Shown one piece after another: positions 11,189 through 22,064 of a DNA stretch of 64,000 bases (the first letter of the stretch is position 1; each line of letters begins with the position of its first letter). The notes under the pieces were generated by a model that saw only the letters and a program-made list of their open reading frames with translations, was not told the DNA's origin and ran no database searches. The translations under genes were made by a program, and so were the position numbers. The stretch is from Gammaproteobacteria bacterium. GTDB lineage: Bacteria; Pseudomonadota; Gammaproteobacteria; VBWC01. Location of the stretch: contig VBWC01000006.1 of assembly GCA_006218035.1 (NCBI GenBank), positions 6,266 through 70,265 of the forward strand, in the 5' to 3' direction.

Positions 11189-11307
11189 GCGCGCGCTGGT
11201 GCTGCCGATATTCAACCGGTCACTAATCGACGACGCGGCCAGCCACACATAAATATGCCGCACGGTACGACGATTGCGTTTCCTGTTCGGTCGGTGGCGG
11301 CGTTCAG

Positions 11308-13197
11308 CTAGTCTTCGAGGTAGGTATATCCGGACAGGCCTTCTTCCAGCGCGGCGATATAACTGCGGCGCTGCGTCTCGGTGATCGTGGCGTTGCGGAT
11401 TTTCCGCCGTAACTCATCCAGCAGGTGATCGCTGTCATGATGCACGTAGTCGAGTACCGAGCGTACCGTATCGCCGTGCATCAGCTCGGTCAGCTCATAG
11501 CCGCCGTCATCGGTCATCGTGACGTGGACCGAGTCGGTGTCGCCGAACAGATTGTGCATGTCACCAAGAATCTCCTGATAGGCGCCAACCAGGAAGATGC
11601 CGATCAGATACGGGTCACCGTCCTTCAGGCTGTGCAAGGCGAGCGTCGATCCTATCCCGTCGCGATCGACGTACTGGTCGATGCGTCCGTCTGAATCGCA
11701 GGTCATGTCGACAACAACGCCGCGCCGGTCCGGCTGCTCGTCAAGGCGCTGCAGCGGCACTACCGGAAATACCTGATTGATCGCCCAGACATCCGGGATC
11801 GATTGGAATACCGACAGGTTGAAGAAGTACTTGTCGGCCAGTTTATTGGTCAGCTCGTCATGGATCTCGCGGTGCGCCTGCGCGCGCGGATCGAGCATGG
11901 CGCGGATTTTGATGCAGGTGGCGAAGTAAACCGCCTCGGCGTAGGCCCGTTGCGCGAGGCCGATCATCCCTGCCGTATACAGCGATTGTGCCTCGGCGAG
12001 CCAGTGCACGGCGTCGTGATACGCCTCGATGACCGAGCGTTGGGTCAGCCCGCTGTAGTTTCCCCACAAGTGAGCCAGCGCCGCTGGATCGTCCGCTCCC
12101 GGGGGCGATACCGATACTATCGCCGGCACCTGCTCGACGTCGATGACGTTGGTGATCAGCACGGCATGATGCGCCGTCATCGCGCGGCCGGCCTCGGTAA
12201 TGATCATCGGATGCGGCAGGCCATGTTTGTCGCAGACGTCGAGCCAGTTGCGCACGATATTGGTCGCGTACTCCTGCACCGTATAGTTTACCGAGCAGTA
12301 ATTGCGCGAGCCCGAGCCCTCATAGTCGATACCCAGGCCGCCGCCGACATTGACCACGTCGATGCGGGCGCCGAGTTTGTGCAGTTCGGCGAAGTTGCGC
12401 ACGGCCTCGTGGAGACCCTGCTGGATGTCGCGGATATTCGGAATCTGCGAGCCCATATGGAAATGCATCAGTTTCAGCGTTTCGAGCATGGCGGTCTCGC
12501 GCAGCCGCTCGACGGCGCGCAGCACCTGGGCGGCGGTGAGACCGAATTTCGACTTCTCGCCGCCGGTATTCTGCCAGTTGCCGGCGCCAAGCGAGCTCAA
12601 GCGGACACGCACGCCGAGCAGCGGTGTGATCGACATCGCGCGCGCCTCCTCGATCACCAGTTCCAGCTCGGCGAGCCGCTCGATCACGATATAGACGCGA
12701 TGGCCGAGTTGCTGGCCGATCAACGCCAGCCGGATAAATTCGCGATCCTTGTAGCCGTTGCAGATAATGACGCCGCCGTCGGCATCGGAGAGCGACAGCA
12801 CGGCCATCAGCTCCGGTTTGCTGCCGGCCTCGAGCCCGACGCGCCCCTTGCCATGACCGAGTATCTCGGCGACGACGCTGCGCTGCTGGTTGACCTTGAT
12901 CGGGTATACCGGCGTGTACGGGGCTGCATACCCGGTCTCCTGCATCGCCTCGGCGAAGGCGTTGTATAACAGGTCAACCCGGTCGTGAAGAATGTCGGAA
13001 AACCTCACCAGTACCGGCAGGCGCAGATCCTTCCTGATCAGCTCCGCCGCCAGGTTTGGCAGGGACACACCGGGGTGCTCGACATGCTGGCCGGGGGTCG
13101 CGCGGAGCTTGCCATCGTTACCGACGTCAAAATAGCCGCCGCTCCAGCCCCTGATGTTGTACATGTCACGCGCCGTGTCTATCGTCCAGTTGCCCAT
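11308..13197 (-). CDS. speA: Biosynthetic arginine decarboxylase
   Basis: YPIKVNQ, LEAGSKPEL, CNGYKD, TCDSDG, GAYQEILGDMHNLFG. Confidence 0.97.
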   Translation of the reverse strand: MGNWTIDTARDMYNIRGWSGGYFDVGNDGKLRATPGQHVEHPGVSLPNLAAELIRKDLRLPVLVRFSDILHDRVDLLYNAFAEAMQETGYAAPYTPVYPIKVNQQRSVVAEILGHGKGRVGLEAGSKPELMAVLSLSDADGGVIICNGYKDREFIRLALIGQQLGHRVYIVIERLAELELVIEEARAMSITPLLGVRVRLSSLGAGNWQNTGGEKSKFGLTAAQVLRAVERLRETAMLETLKLMHFHMGSQIPNIRDIQQGLHEAVRNFAELHKLGARIDVVNVGGGLGIDYEGSGSRNYCSVNYTVQEYATNIVRNWLDVCDKHGLPHPMIITEAGRAMTAHHAVLITNVIDVEQVPAIVSVSPPGADDPAALAHLWGNYSGLTQRSVIEAYHDAVHWLAEAQSLYTAGMIGLAQRAYAEAVYFATCIKIRAMLDPRAQAHREIHDELTNKLADKYFFNLSVFQSIPDVWAINQVFPVVPLQRLDEQPDRRGVVVDMTCDSDGRIDQYVDRDGIGSTLALHSLKDGDPYLIGIFLVGAYQEILGDMHNLFGDTDSVHVTMTDDGGYELTELMHGDTVRSVLDYVHHDSDHLLDELRRKIRNATITETQRRSYIAALEEGLSGYTYLED

Positions 13198-13344
13198 TAC
13201 GTTGTGTCCGGGATTGTTATAATGAAGGCCCCTATAATAAAGAAAGGCCCGGCCGGATTAACAGCAGAATTCGCCGGCAGTGGCAAATGACCCCGTCTTG
13301 CAGATAGACGGGCGGATTCCGCACAACGATAACGGACGTAGACG

Positions 13345-14196
13345 ATGGCGCTTGGTGACGACTGGTATACCGAAATTTATCCGCAGGACGGCGCGGCGTT
13401 CTCGCTGAAGCTGACTGACAAAATCCACGAGGAGCAGACGCCGTTCCAGACGATCGCGATCTTCGAAACCGAGGGTTTCGGTACGCTGATGACGATCGAC
13501 GGGCTGGTGATGCTGACCGATCGGGACAATTTCATCTATCACGAAATGATGGCGCATACGGTGCTGTTCACGCATGCCCATCCGCAGGATGTTGTCATCA
13601 TCGGCGGCGGCGACTGCGGCACGCTGCGCGAGGTGCTGAAGCACGCCAGCGTCCGGCACGCCTGTCAGGTCGATATCGACGAGCGTGTTACCCGGCTGGC
13701 AGAGCAGTATTTTCCCGAGTTATGCGATTCGAACCACGATAAGCGCGCCACGCTGATGTTTGATGACGGTATCCGCTATATGGCCGATGCGAAGCCAGGG
13801 AGCGTCGATATCGTGATCGTCGACAGCACGGATCCGGTCGGTCCGGCCGAGGGTTTGTTCACCGAGAAGTTTTACCGCAACTGTCATCGGGCATTGCGGG
13901 ACGGCGGCATCATCGTGCAGCAGAGCGAATCGCCGTTGTTTCATCTTAAACTGATACGGGCGATGCGCGATGCGATGCAGGCTGCCGGTTTCGCGGATCT
14001 GGCGACGGTCAACTTCCCGCAGTGCAGCTATCCGTCGGGGTGGTGGTCGGCGACCATGGCGGGAAAGAACATCAAGCTCAACAATTTCAGGAATGATGCG
14101 GCCAGGAAGCGGTCGTTTGCGACGCGTTATTACTCGGATGGCGTCCATGGCGCGGCGTTGAATCTGCCGCCGTTCATGATAACCGCGCTGGGATAA
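13345..14196 (+). CDS. speE: Polyamine aminopropyltransferase
   Basis: IIGGGDCGTLRE, IVDSTDPVGPAEGLF. Confidence 0.95.
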   Translation: MALGDDWYTEIYPQDGAAFSLKLTDKIHEEQTPFQTIAIFETEGFGTLMTIDGLVMLTDRDNFIYHEMMAHTVLFTHAHPQDVVIIGGGDCGTLREVLKHASVRHACQVDIDERVTRLAEQYFPELCDSNHDKRATLMFDDGIRYMADAKPGSVDIVIVDSTDPVGPAEGLFTEKFYRNCHRALRDGGIIVQQSESPLFHLKLIRAMRDAMQAAGFADLATVNFPQCSYPSGWWSATMAGKNIKLNNFRNDAARKRSFATRYYSDGVHGAALNLPPFMITALG

Positions 14197-14201
14197 CGGG
14201 G

Positions 14202-14654
14202 CTAGTTACACCATTTTTTGACGGCTTTGTGCGCTTCGTCGAGTTTCGCGACGCGTTCTTCGTCTGTAAACCAGTGCCGCTCGCCTTTTTCGTTTTCGGT
14301 AAAGAGGCGGCGCCCTTGCGAATCCTCGATGGATTTCACGACGCGGTGTGATTGCTCGCAATTTTTCTTGCGTAATGCGGGATCTTCGTTCGGGTTGGCG
14401 ATACCAGCCGGTTTGCTGTCGTCTACGGCTTTGTCGCCGGCGGCATCGCTGTGCTTTTGTTCTGGCTGCGCGGGCGCCGGCCTGTCCGGTTTCGCTGGCG
14501 ACACCACCATCGGCGTCGCTTGCGGGCCGGTGGGTGTGTCGCTGAAATGCACGGTGCCGTCCTTGTCCGTCCACGTGTAGACGCGTTCCTTGGCGATCGC
14601 GCTGCCACACAACAGCCCGCTGAGTACCAATATTAATATCGTGTTCTTCATCAT
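14202..14654 (-). CDS. Secreted DUF4124-domain protein
   Basis: Signal peptide then VYTWTDKDGTVHFSDTP; C-terminal Cys pair. Confidence 0.88.
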   Translation of the reverse strand: MMKNTILILVLSGLLCGSAIAKERVYTWTDKDGTVHFSDTPTGPQATPMVVSPAKPDRPAPAQPEQKHSDAAGDKAVDDSKPAGIANPNEDPALRKKNCEQSHRVVKSIEDSQGRRLFTENEKGERHWFTDEERVAKLDEAHKAVKKWCN

Positions 14655-14727
14655 GAATTCCTGGTCAGTATCTGCAAAAGACCCAGTTTATTTCGACCTG
14701 CCCCGTTTGGTTAGCGGCAAGGCTAGC

Positions 14728-15318
14728 TCAGGATTTAGTGTCGCGTCCGCGGTTCTGGCGCAGGCGATCCAGCCGCAATCGCTGGCGTTCATCGAACAGG
14801 CGCCGCGACGCCGAGTTGCATGCGTATCGATACGGCGGCGAGTGCCAGATCCAGCGGCGACAGTTCGATGAGACTCACGCGCCGGCGTCCTCGACCAGGC
14901 AGCCGTCGGCCAGTCGGTATGCGTGCGCGCAGACGCGTGCGCCAGCAGGCGTGCCAAAGCGAGCTGTTGCCGCTCGCGCGATCTGCCAATGCAGCACGCC
15001 GGCGTCAAAGCCCAGTTCGGTCAGCCACGGCGTGTCGTTTGTCGTGAAATGGTCGCCGACGGTATCGGACCCTCACTGGCTTTCCGCCGGCAAGTACGCG
15101 CAGCGCCGGCGCCATTCCGGTGCATTCATCGAGCTGCAAGCGTTCTCGTCGAGAAAGACCCCCCCGGTATGCGGGTCGAGGTCGGCGATCGCGCGCAATA
15201 TTAATGTCTTGCCGCTGCCCGATGGTCCTGACAGGCCGATGGCCTTGCCGCCGGGGATGGTCAGGTTGATGGGTCCAACATGGCGTGTCCGCAGGTCGTC
15301 AATGCGTAGCTCGTTCAG
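14728..15318 (-). pseudogene. Eroded FetA/FetB (YbbL/YbbM)-like ABC ATPase plus permease remnant
   Basis: Manual translation: SGPSGSGKTLILRAIADLDP...LPAESQ* (TGA 15075-15073); signature and Walker B regions deleted; GTGA overlap into VSLIELSPLDLALAA, then jump to RRLFDERQRLRLDRL..*. Confidence 0.75.
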
Positions 15319-15405
15319 TGTGGTCTCCGGTGTGCGTGTTTTTTGGGCTACACTAACGTATCAGGATACGCCAGCTAACCGGTTTGTTTCACAAGGAGAG
15401 GAATT

Positions 15406-15642
15406 ATGGCAGATCCCGTGATCGCTCAAAAATCGCCGTATCTGAAAACGCTGGAGCCCGGTACCTATCATTGGTGCAGCTGCGGTCGTTCGAAGAACCA
15501 GCCGTTCTGCGACGGGTCGCACAAGGGCACGGAATTCACGCCCAAGGAATTCAAGGTCGAAAAGAAAGGTGTGTTTGCATTATGCGGTTGTAAACATACC
15601 AAGGGTCCGCCGTTTTGCGATGGAACGCATGGCAGGCTCTAG
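15406..15642 (+). CDS. CDGSH iron-sulfur domain protein (two motifs)
   Basis: WCSCGRSKNQPFCDGSH and LCGCKHTKGPPFCDGTH. Confidence 0.95.
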   Translation: MADPVIAQKSPYLKTLEPGTYHWCSCGRSKNQPFCDGSHKGTEFTPKEFKVEKKGVFALCGCKHTKGPPFCDGTHGRL

Positions 15643-15646
15643 GAAA

Positions 15647-15675
15647 ATGAAAGGGCGCCATCGGCGCCCTTTCAT
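15647..15675. terminator. Hairpin between convergent CDGSH and amtB genes
   Basis: ATGAAAGGGCGCC-ATC-GGCGCCCTTTCAT, 13-bp stem. Confidence 0.75.
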
Positions 15676-15698
15676 GTCACACAGGTTGGAAACGGAAA

Positions 15699-17063
15699 TC
15701 AGAGGTTGTAGCCGCGCTCGTCGTGCAACGCGAGGTCCAGCCCCTCGGTCTCCTGTTCGTCACTAACGCGCAATCCCATGATAACGTCGATCACCTTGAG
15801 AATAATATAGGTGGCGATCGCACAGTAGGTTACGGTTGCCGCCACACCGACGACCTGTGTCCACACCTGACTGCCGATCACCAGATCGGTCTTCGATCCG
15901 CCCAGACTGCTTGCGGCGAATACGCCGGTGAGCAACGCGCCCGCAATGCCGCCGACCGCATGCACGCCGAACACATCGAGTGAATCGTCGTAACCAAAGG
16001 CACGCTTGAGTTTGGTGGAGGCCAGGAAGCACACCACGCCGGCGACAAAGCCGATCGCCAAAGCGCCCATCGGGCCGACGAACCCCGAGGCCGGTGTGAT
16101 CGCGACCAGCCCGGCGACGGCACCCGAGGCGATGCCAAGCACGCTCGGTTTGCCGTGTAACAGCCATTCGCTGAACATCCACGCGAGCGCTGCGGCGGCC
16201 GTCGCGATCTGTGTTACCGCCATCGCCATACCGGCGGTGCCGTTGGCTGCAACCGCGCTGCCGGCATTGAATCCAAACCAGCCGACCCACAGCATCGATG
16301 CACCGATAAGTGTCAGTGCCAGGTTATGCGGTGGCATGGCGGTGGTGGGCCAGCCCTTGCGCTTGCCGAGCACCAGGGCCGCAACCAGGCCGGCGATACC
16401 GGCGTTGATATGCACGACGGTGCCACCGGCAAAGTCCAGAACGCCCATGTCCCAGAGGAAGCCACCGTCACCGCTCCACACCATATGGGCGATCGGCGCG
16501 TATACCACCAGTGACCACACGCCCATGAACAACAGCATGGCGGAGAATTTCATGCGTTCGGCAAAGGCGCCGACGATGAGCGCCGGGGTGATGATGGCGA
16601 ACGTCATCTGGAAGGTCATGAATACCGTTTCCGGAATGGTGAGCGTGACGCTGTCGACGCCGACGCCATTCAGAAATGCCTTGCCCAGTCCGCCGATGAA
16701 GGAGTTGAGATTGGTTACACCCTTCTCCATGCCGGTGGTGTCGAAGGCGAGGCTGTAGCCGAACAACATCCACAAGACCGTTACCAGCGACGTGATGGCG
16801 AAACACTGCATCATCACCGACAGCACGTTTTTGGCGCGCACCATACCGGCATAAAACAACGCGAGTCCCGGGATGGTCATGAACAGCACCAACGCCGTGG
16901 AGGTGAGCATCCAGGCGGTATCGCCTGAGTTGATCGATGGCGCAGCCGCCGCTGCTTCCGTAGCGATAACGGCCGCTGCCGCAGTTTCTTCCTGGGCCAT
17001 GGCCCACGGTGATATCAGGCACAGTATTAACAGAAGGCCGCTGAGTTTATAGTGCAATTTCAT
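15699..17063 (-). CDS. amtB: Ammonium transporter
   Basis: DFAGGTVVH, WFGFNAGS, DDSLDVFGVH; N-terminal signal peptide. Confidence 0.98.
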   Translation of the reverse strand: MKLHYKLSGLLLILCLISPWAMAQEETAAAAVIATEAAAAAPSINSGDTAWMLTSTALVLFMTIPGLALFYAGMVRAKNVLSVMMQCFAITSLVTVLWMLFGYSLAFDTTGMEKGVTNLNSFIGGLGKAFLNGVGVDSVTLTIPETVFMTFQMTFAIITPALIVGAFAERMKFSAMLLFMGVWSLVVYAPIAHMVWSGDGGFLWDMGVLDFAGGTVVHINAGIAGLVAALVLGKRKGWPTTAMPPHNLALTLIGASMLWVGWFGFNAGSAVAANGTAGMAMAVTQIATAAAALAWMFSEWLLHGKPSVLGIASGAVAGLVAITPASGFVGPMGALAIGFVAGVVCFLASTKLKRAFGYDDSLDVFGVHAVGGIAGALLTGVFAASSLGGSKTDLVIGSQVWTQVVGVAATVTYCAIATYIILKVIDVIMGLRVSDEQETEGLDLALHDERGYNL

Positions 17064-17081
17064 AACGAGACTCCTCTGGCG

Positions 17082-17684
<603 letters not shown>

Positions 17685-17717
17685 CTATGCAGCTGGAAAA
17701 CAGCGGTGGATAATACG

Positions 17718-17969
17718 ATGGATCCGAAAATTTTCGATGATCTGGCCCGACGACTGGTCGATGCGGTACCCGGTACGGTCACCGATCTCAAGCATGACCT
17801 CAAGCAGAACTTTACATCGTTGTTGCAAGGCACGTTTGCGCGACTCGACCTGGTCACGCGCGAAGAGTTTGAGGTGCAGTCGGCGGTACTGGGGCGTACC
17901 CGCGCCAAGGTTGACGCGTTGACCAGGCAGGTCGCGGAACTGGAGAAGGGCTTGCTGGAGAAATCCTGA
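17718..17969 (+). CDS. ubiK: Ubiquinone biosynthesis accessory factor UbiK/YqiC family
   Basis: LDLVTREEFEVQSAVLGRTRAKV motif; glnK-ubiK-comM synteny. Confidence 0.9.
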   Translation: MDPKIFDDLARRLVDAVPGTVTDLKHDLKQNFTSLLQGTFARLDLVTREEFEVQSAVLGRTRAKVDALTRQVAELEKGLLEKS

Positions 17970-18102
17970 CCGGCGGCATGCCTCCCGCTGACCGGTCGGT
18001 AGCGGCGGTGACGCGGATACAGCTGGCCGTGCGCAGCAGCAATACTTCCAGCCTTCCTTATATACTGCACGTCTTCGATCGTTGTCACAGGGATAGTCAG
18101 AC

Positions 18103-19623
18103 GTGTCACTTGCTGTTCTGTATTCACGTGCGCAGGCCGGCATAAACGCACCGTTGGTCACGGTCGAGGTGCATTTGTCCAATGGATTGCCCGGGTTGTC
18201 GATCGTTGGCCTGCCGGAAACGGCCGTCAAGGAGAGCAAGGACCGGGTGCGCAGTGCGCTGCTGAACGCCAATTTCGATTTTCCCGTACGCCGCATCACG
18301 ATCAATCTCGCACCGGCGGATCTGCCGAAGGAAGGTGGACGTTTCGATCTGGCGATCGCCATCGGCATACTCGCCGCTTCCGGACAGGTGCCGCGCGAAC
18401 CGCTGGGCGATTACGAATTTGTCGCCGAGCTGGCGTTAACCGGTGAGTTGCGCGGTATCCGCGGTATTCTGCCCGCGGCGTTGCAGGCGCAGCGCGCCGG
18501 CCGGCAGTTGATGGTCGCCCGCGACAACGCGGCCGAGGCCGGCCTGGTGTCCGACATCGCGGTGTTTCCGGCAATGCATCTGCTCGATGTCTGTGCGCAC
18601 CTGGCCGGCACGCGGCTGATCAGCGCGCATGTCAGTAGCGGCGACGCGCTGCCGGACCGTCCGGGTGATGATCTCGCCGACGTCCGCGCCCAGCATAACG
18701 CCAAACGCGCACTCGAGATCGCCGCCGCTGGCGGTCATAGTCTGTTGATGATCGGTCCGCCAGGAACTGGCAAAACGATGCTCGCCAGCCGCCTGCCGGG
18801 TATTCTGCCGCCGATGACGGAACAGGAAGCCCTTGAGACCGCGGCGGTGCATTCGATCAGCGATCTCGGTTTTTCCGCCAGCCAGTGGCGCCGTCGCGTG
18901 TTCCGCGCGCCGCACCATACGGCATCGGGCGTCGCGCTGGTCGGTGGCGGCAGCCAGCCGCGCCCCGGTGAGGTGTCGCTGGCGCACAACGGCGTGATGT
19001 TTCTCGATGAACTGCCCGAGTTCGATCGCCGCGTGCTGGAGGTATTACGTGAGCCGCTGGAATCGGGGCGCATCACGATTTCGCGCGCCGCGCATCAGGC
19101 CGAGTTTCCGGCGCGCTTTCAACTGGTCGCGGCGATGAATCCCTGCCCGTGCGGTTATCTCGGCGATCCGGACGGGCGCTGCAGTTGCACATCGGATCAG
19201 GTGCAGCGTTACCGGGCGCGGGTGTCGGGGCCGCTGATGGATCGCATCGATATCCATGTCGAAGTGCCGCGCGTCACCAGCGAGTTGGTCAGAAGCGCGG
19301 CGGCTGACGGTACTGTGGAGCATAGCGCCGTGGTGCGGGCACGGGTGGTAAGGGCCAGATCACGCCAGCTGGCGCGCAGCGGCAAGGCCAATGTCGGCTT
19401 GTCGAGCAAGGAAGTGGACGTGCTGTGCCGATTGAGCGAGCGGGACAATCAGTTGCTGGAGCAGGCCGTTAACCGGCTCGGCCTTTCAGCGCGCGCGTAC
19501 CATCGTATCCTGAAGGTCGCGCGCACCATCGCCGATCTGTCGGGCAGTGATGCGATTGAAACGCCGCATTTGAGCGAGGCGATTTCCTACCGGCGTCTCG
19601 ATCGCGCTGTGACGACGCACTAG
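18103..19623 (+). CDS. comM: YifB/ComM Mg-chelatase-like AAA ATPase
   Basis: NLAPADLPKEG, GPPGTGKT, FLDELPEF, AMNPCPCG. Confidence 0.93.
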   Translation: MSLAVLYSRAQAGINAPLVTVEVHLSNGLPGLSIVGLPETAVKESKDRVRSALLNANFDFPVRRITINLAPADLPKEGGRFDLAIAIGILAASGQVPREPLGDYEFVAELALTGELRGIRGILPAALQAQRAGRQLMVARDNAAEAGLVSDIAVFPAMHLLDVCAHLAGTRLISAHVSSGDALPDRPGDDLADVRAQHNAKRALEIAAAGGHSLLMIGPPGTGKTMLASRLPGILPPMTEQEALETAAVHSISDLGFSASQWRRRVFRAPHHTASGVALVGGGSQPRPGEVSLAHNGVMFLDELPEFDRRVLEVLREPLESGRITISRAAHQAEFPARFQLVAAMNPCPCGYLGDPDGRCSCTSDQVQRYRARVSGPLMDRIDIHVEVPRVTSELVRSAAADGTVEHSAVVRARVVRARSRQLARSGKANVGLSSKEVDVLCRLSERDNQLLEQAVNRLGLSARAYHRILKVARTIADLSGSDAIETPHLSEAISYRRLDRAVTTH

Positions 19624-19872
19624 CGGGCTGTTGGACGGTCACCCGGTCAGAACCATTGGCGACCCGGCGTCGAGGATGCCGTTGACCGCGGCGGTACGGA
19701 TCCGTTGAGTACCACTGCCGCCGTCACGAGTCATACCGCCATCAGAGCGGTGAACCGCGGACGGCGGTGTCGAAGCTTTTCGCGCGTCCTCGAAAACTTT
19801 CCGCCCCTGGGCGCTCATCACCGCCAACGTGAACGCCGCAATATCGGCGTCATGATCTGCTAGAATTCCGCC

Positions 19873-22029
19873 ATGGATGTTTCCGCTATTCTTGATCCCC
19901 TGAACGATGCGCAGCGCGAGGCAGTGGCCGCGCCGGCCGATAGCATGCTGGTGCTCGCCGGCGCCGGCAGCGGCAAGACGCGCGTGCTGGTGCATCGAAT
20001 CGCCTGGCTGATCCAGACCGAAGGCCTGTCGCCGTACGGCATACTGGCGGTGACGTTCACCAACAAGGCGGCGGCGGAAATGCGCGCGCGCATCGAGCAG
20101 CTGCTTGGCGCGCCGCTCGGCGGCATGTGGGTCGGCACCTTTCACGGCATGGCCCACCGCCTGCTGCGCGCGCACTGGCGCGAGGCGCGTCTGCCGCAGA
20201 CCTTCCAGATACTCGATTCCGAGGACCAGTATCGTGTCATCCGGCGCGTGTTGAAGGCGCTGTCGCTTGATGAGGGCCAGTGGGCACCGAAAAAGATCCA
20301 GGGTTACATCAACGGGCGCAAGGACGAGGGGCTGCGCGCGGCGCACATCGATGACCAGAACGATCCCTATCTGCAGCAGATGGTGCGCATCTACCGCGCC
20401 TATCAGGAATCCTGCGAGCGCTCCGGTCTGGTCGACTTCGCCGAGTTATTGCTGCGCGTGCATGAACTGTGGCGCGAGTGCCCGGACGTGCTCCAGTCCT
20501 ACCAGCAGCGTTTCCACCACATCCTCGTCGACGAGTTTCAGGACACCAACACGCTGCAGTACGCCTGGCTGCGTCGCCTCGCCGGCGATAGCGGCAGGAT
20601 GTTTGTCGTTGGCGATGACGACCAGTCGATCTACGGCTGGCGTGGCGCGCGTATCGAGAATATACACCGTTTCAACAAGGATTATGCCGGCGCGCGCGTC
20701 GTGCGTCTCGAACAGAATTATCGCTCGACCGCGACGATACTGCAGGCGGCCAACGCGCTGATCGCCCATAACACCGGCCGGTTGGGCAAGAAGCTGTGGA
20801 CCAGTGGCGAAGAGGGCGAGCCGCTGTCACTCTATCGTGCCTATAACGAGATGGATGAGGCGCGCTATGTGGTGGACCGCATCGACGACTGGGTGTCCCG
20901 CGGCAACCGGCGCAGCGAAGTGGCGATACTGTATCGATCCAATGCGCAGTCGCGCGTCTTCGAAGAGGCGCTGCTCGCCAAGCGGATGCCATACCGCGTC
21001 TATGGCGGCCTGCGATTCTTCGAGCGCGCCGAGATCAAGAATGCGCTGGCCTATCTGCGCCTGATTGCCAACCGTGACGACGACGCCTCGTTCGAACGTA
21101 TCGTCAACACGCCGACGCGCGGCATCGGCGAGCGCAGCCTGCAATCGGTGCGCGATCACGCGCGCGCGCAGCAGCTGTCGTTGTGGCGAGCGACACTGGC
21201 GCTGTGCGACGGCGGGGCACTGGCGAGCCGCGTGACGAGTGCGCTGCGGGTATTCATCGATCTGATCGATACCATGACGCATGACACCGACAGTTTCGAA
21301 CTCGCCGAACGGGTCGATCACGTGATCCGCCGCAGCGGCCTGCTCGACGATTACCGGAACGAGCGCAGTGAAAAATCGCAGGCGCGTGTCGAGAATCTGG
21401 AAGAACTCGTGACCGCCGCGCGGCAATTTGCCTTTGACGCCGAAATCGGCATGCAGCCGCTGGACGCGTTCCTCGCCCACGCCGCGCTGGAGGCGGGCGA
21501 CACCGAGGCCGAGGCCTGGGAAGACTGTGTGCAGTTGATGACACTGCACACCGCCAAGGGCCTGGAGTTTCCGGTGGTGTTTCTGTGCGGGGCGGAGGAA
21601 GGCCTGTTTCCGCATCAGATGTCGGTCAACGAACCCGGCCGTCTCGAGGAAGAACGCCGCCTGTGTTATGTCGGTATGACGCGCGCGATGCGGCATCTCT
21701 ATATCAGTCACGCCGAGAGCCGGCGTATCCATGGCCAGGATACCTATCCGTCACCGTCGCGTTTTCTCGGCGAGATTCCCGCCGAACTGATGCAGGAGGT
21801 GCGCGCGCGGCCGCAGATCACACGGCCGGTATACGTGACACGCAAGAAGCCCGTTGACGACGCACCCACCGGGTTGCGTCTCGGTCAGCGGGTTCAGCAT
21901 ACGAAGTTCGGCGAGGGCGTCATCCTCAATTATGAAGGGCAAGGCAGTCACGCGCGTGTGCAGGTAAATTTCCAGGCGGCCGGCGCGAAGTGGCTGGTGG
22001 TGGCCTATGCGAATCTGCAGGCAATATAG
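19873..22029 (+). CDS. uvrD: DNA helicase II
   Basis: LAGAGSGKTRVL, DEFQDTN, EQNYRST, KGLEFP, C-terminal KWLVVAYANL. Confidence 0.97.
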   Translation: MDVSAILDPLNDAQREAVAAPADSMLVLAGAGSGKTRVLVHRIAWLIQTEGLSPYGILAVTFTNKAAAEMRARIEQLLGAPLGGMWVGTFHGMAHRLLRAHWREARLPQTFQILDSEDQYRVIRRVLKALSLDEGQWAPKKIQGYINGRKDEGLRAAHIDDQNDPYLQQMVRIYRAYQESCERSGLVDFAELLLRVHELWRECPDVLQSYQQRFHHILVDEFQDTNTLQYAWLRRLAGDSGRMFVVGDDDQSIYGWRGARIENIHRFNKDYAGARVVRLEQNYRSTATILQAANALIAHNTGRLGKKLWTSGEEGEPLSLYRAYNEMDEARYVVDRIDDWVSRGNRRSEVAILYRSNAQSRVFEEALLAKRMPYRVYGGLRFFERAEIKNALAYLRLIANRDDDASFERIVNTPTRGIGERSLQSVRDHARAQQLSLWRATLALCDGGALASRVTSALRVFIDLIDTMTHDTDSFELAERVDHVIRRSGLLDDYRNERSEKSQARVENLEELVTAARQFAFDAEIGMQPLDAFLAHAALEAGDTEAEAWEDCVQLMTLHTAKGLEFPVVFLCGAEEGLFPHQMSVNEPGRLEEERRLCYVGMTRAMRHLYISHAESRRIHGQDTYPSPSRFLGEIPAELMQEVRARPQITRPVYVTRKKPVDDAPTGLRLGQRVQHTKFGEGVILNYEGQGSHARVQVNFQAAGAKWLVVAYANLQAI

Positions 22030-22064
22030 TTGACAGGCACATCGACAGGGACGGGGGCCGTATC

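Noticed and set aside
19624-19872. Small gene or remnant between comM and uvrD
   Set aside because: Frames examined gave no recognisable motif or clear RBS
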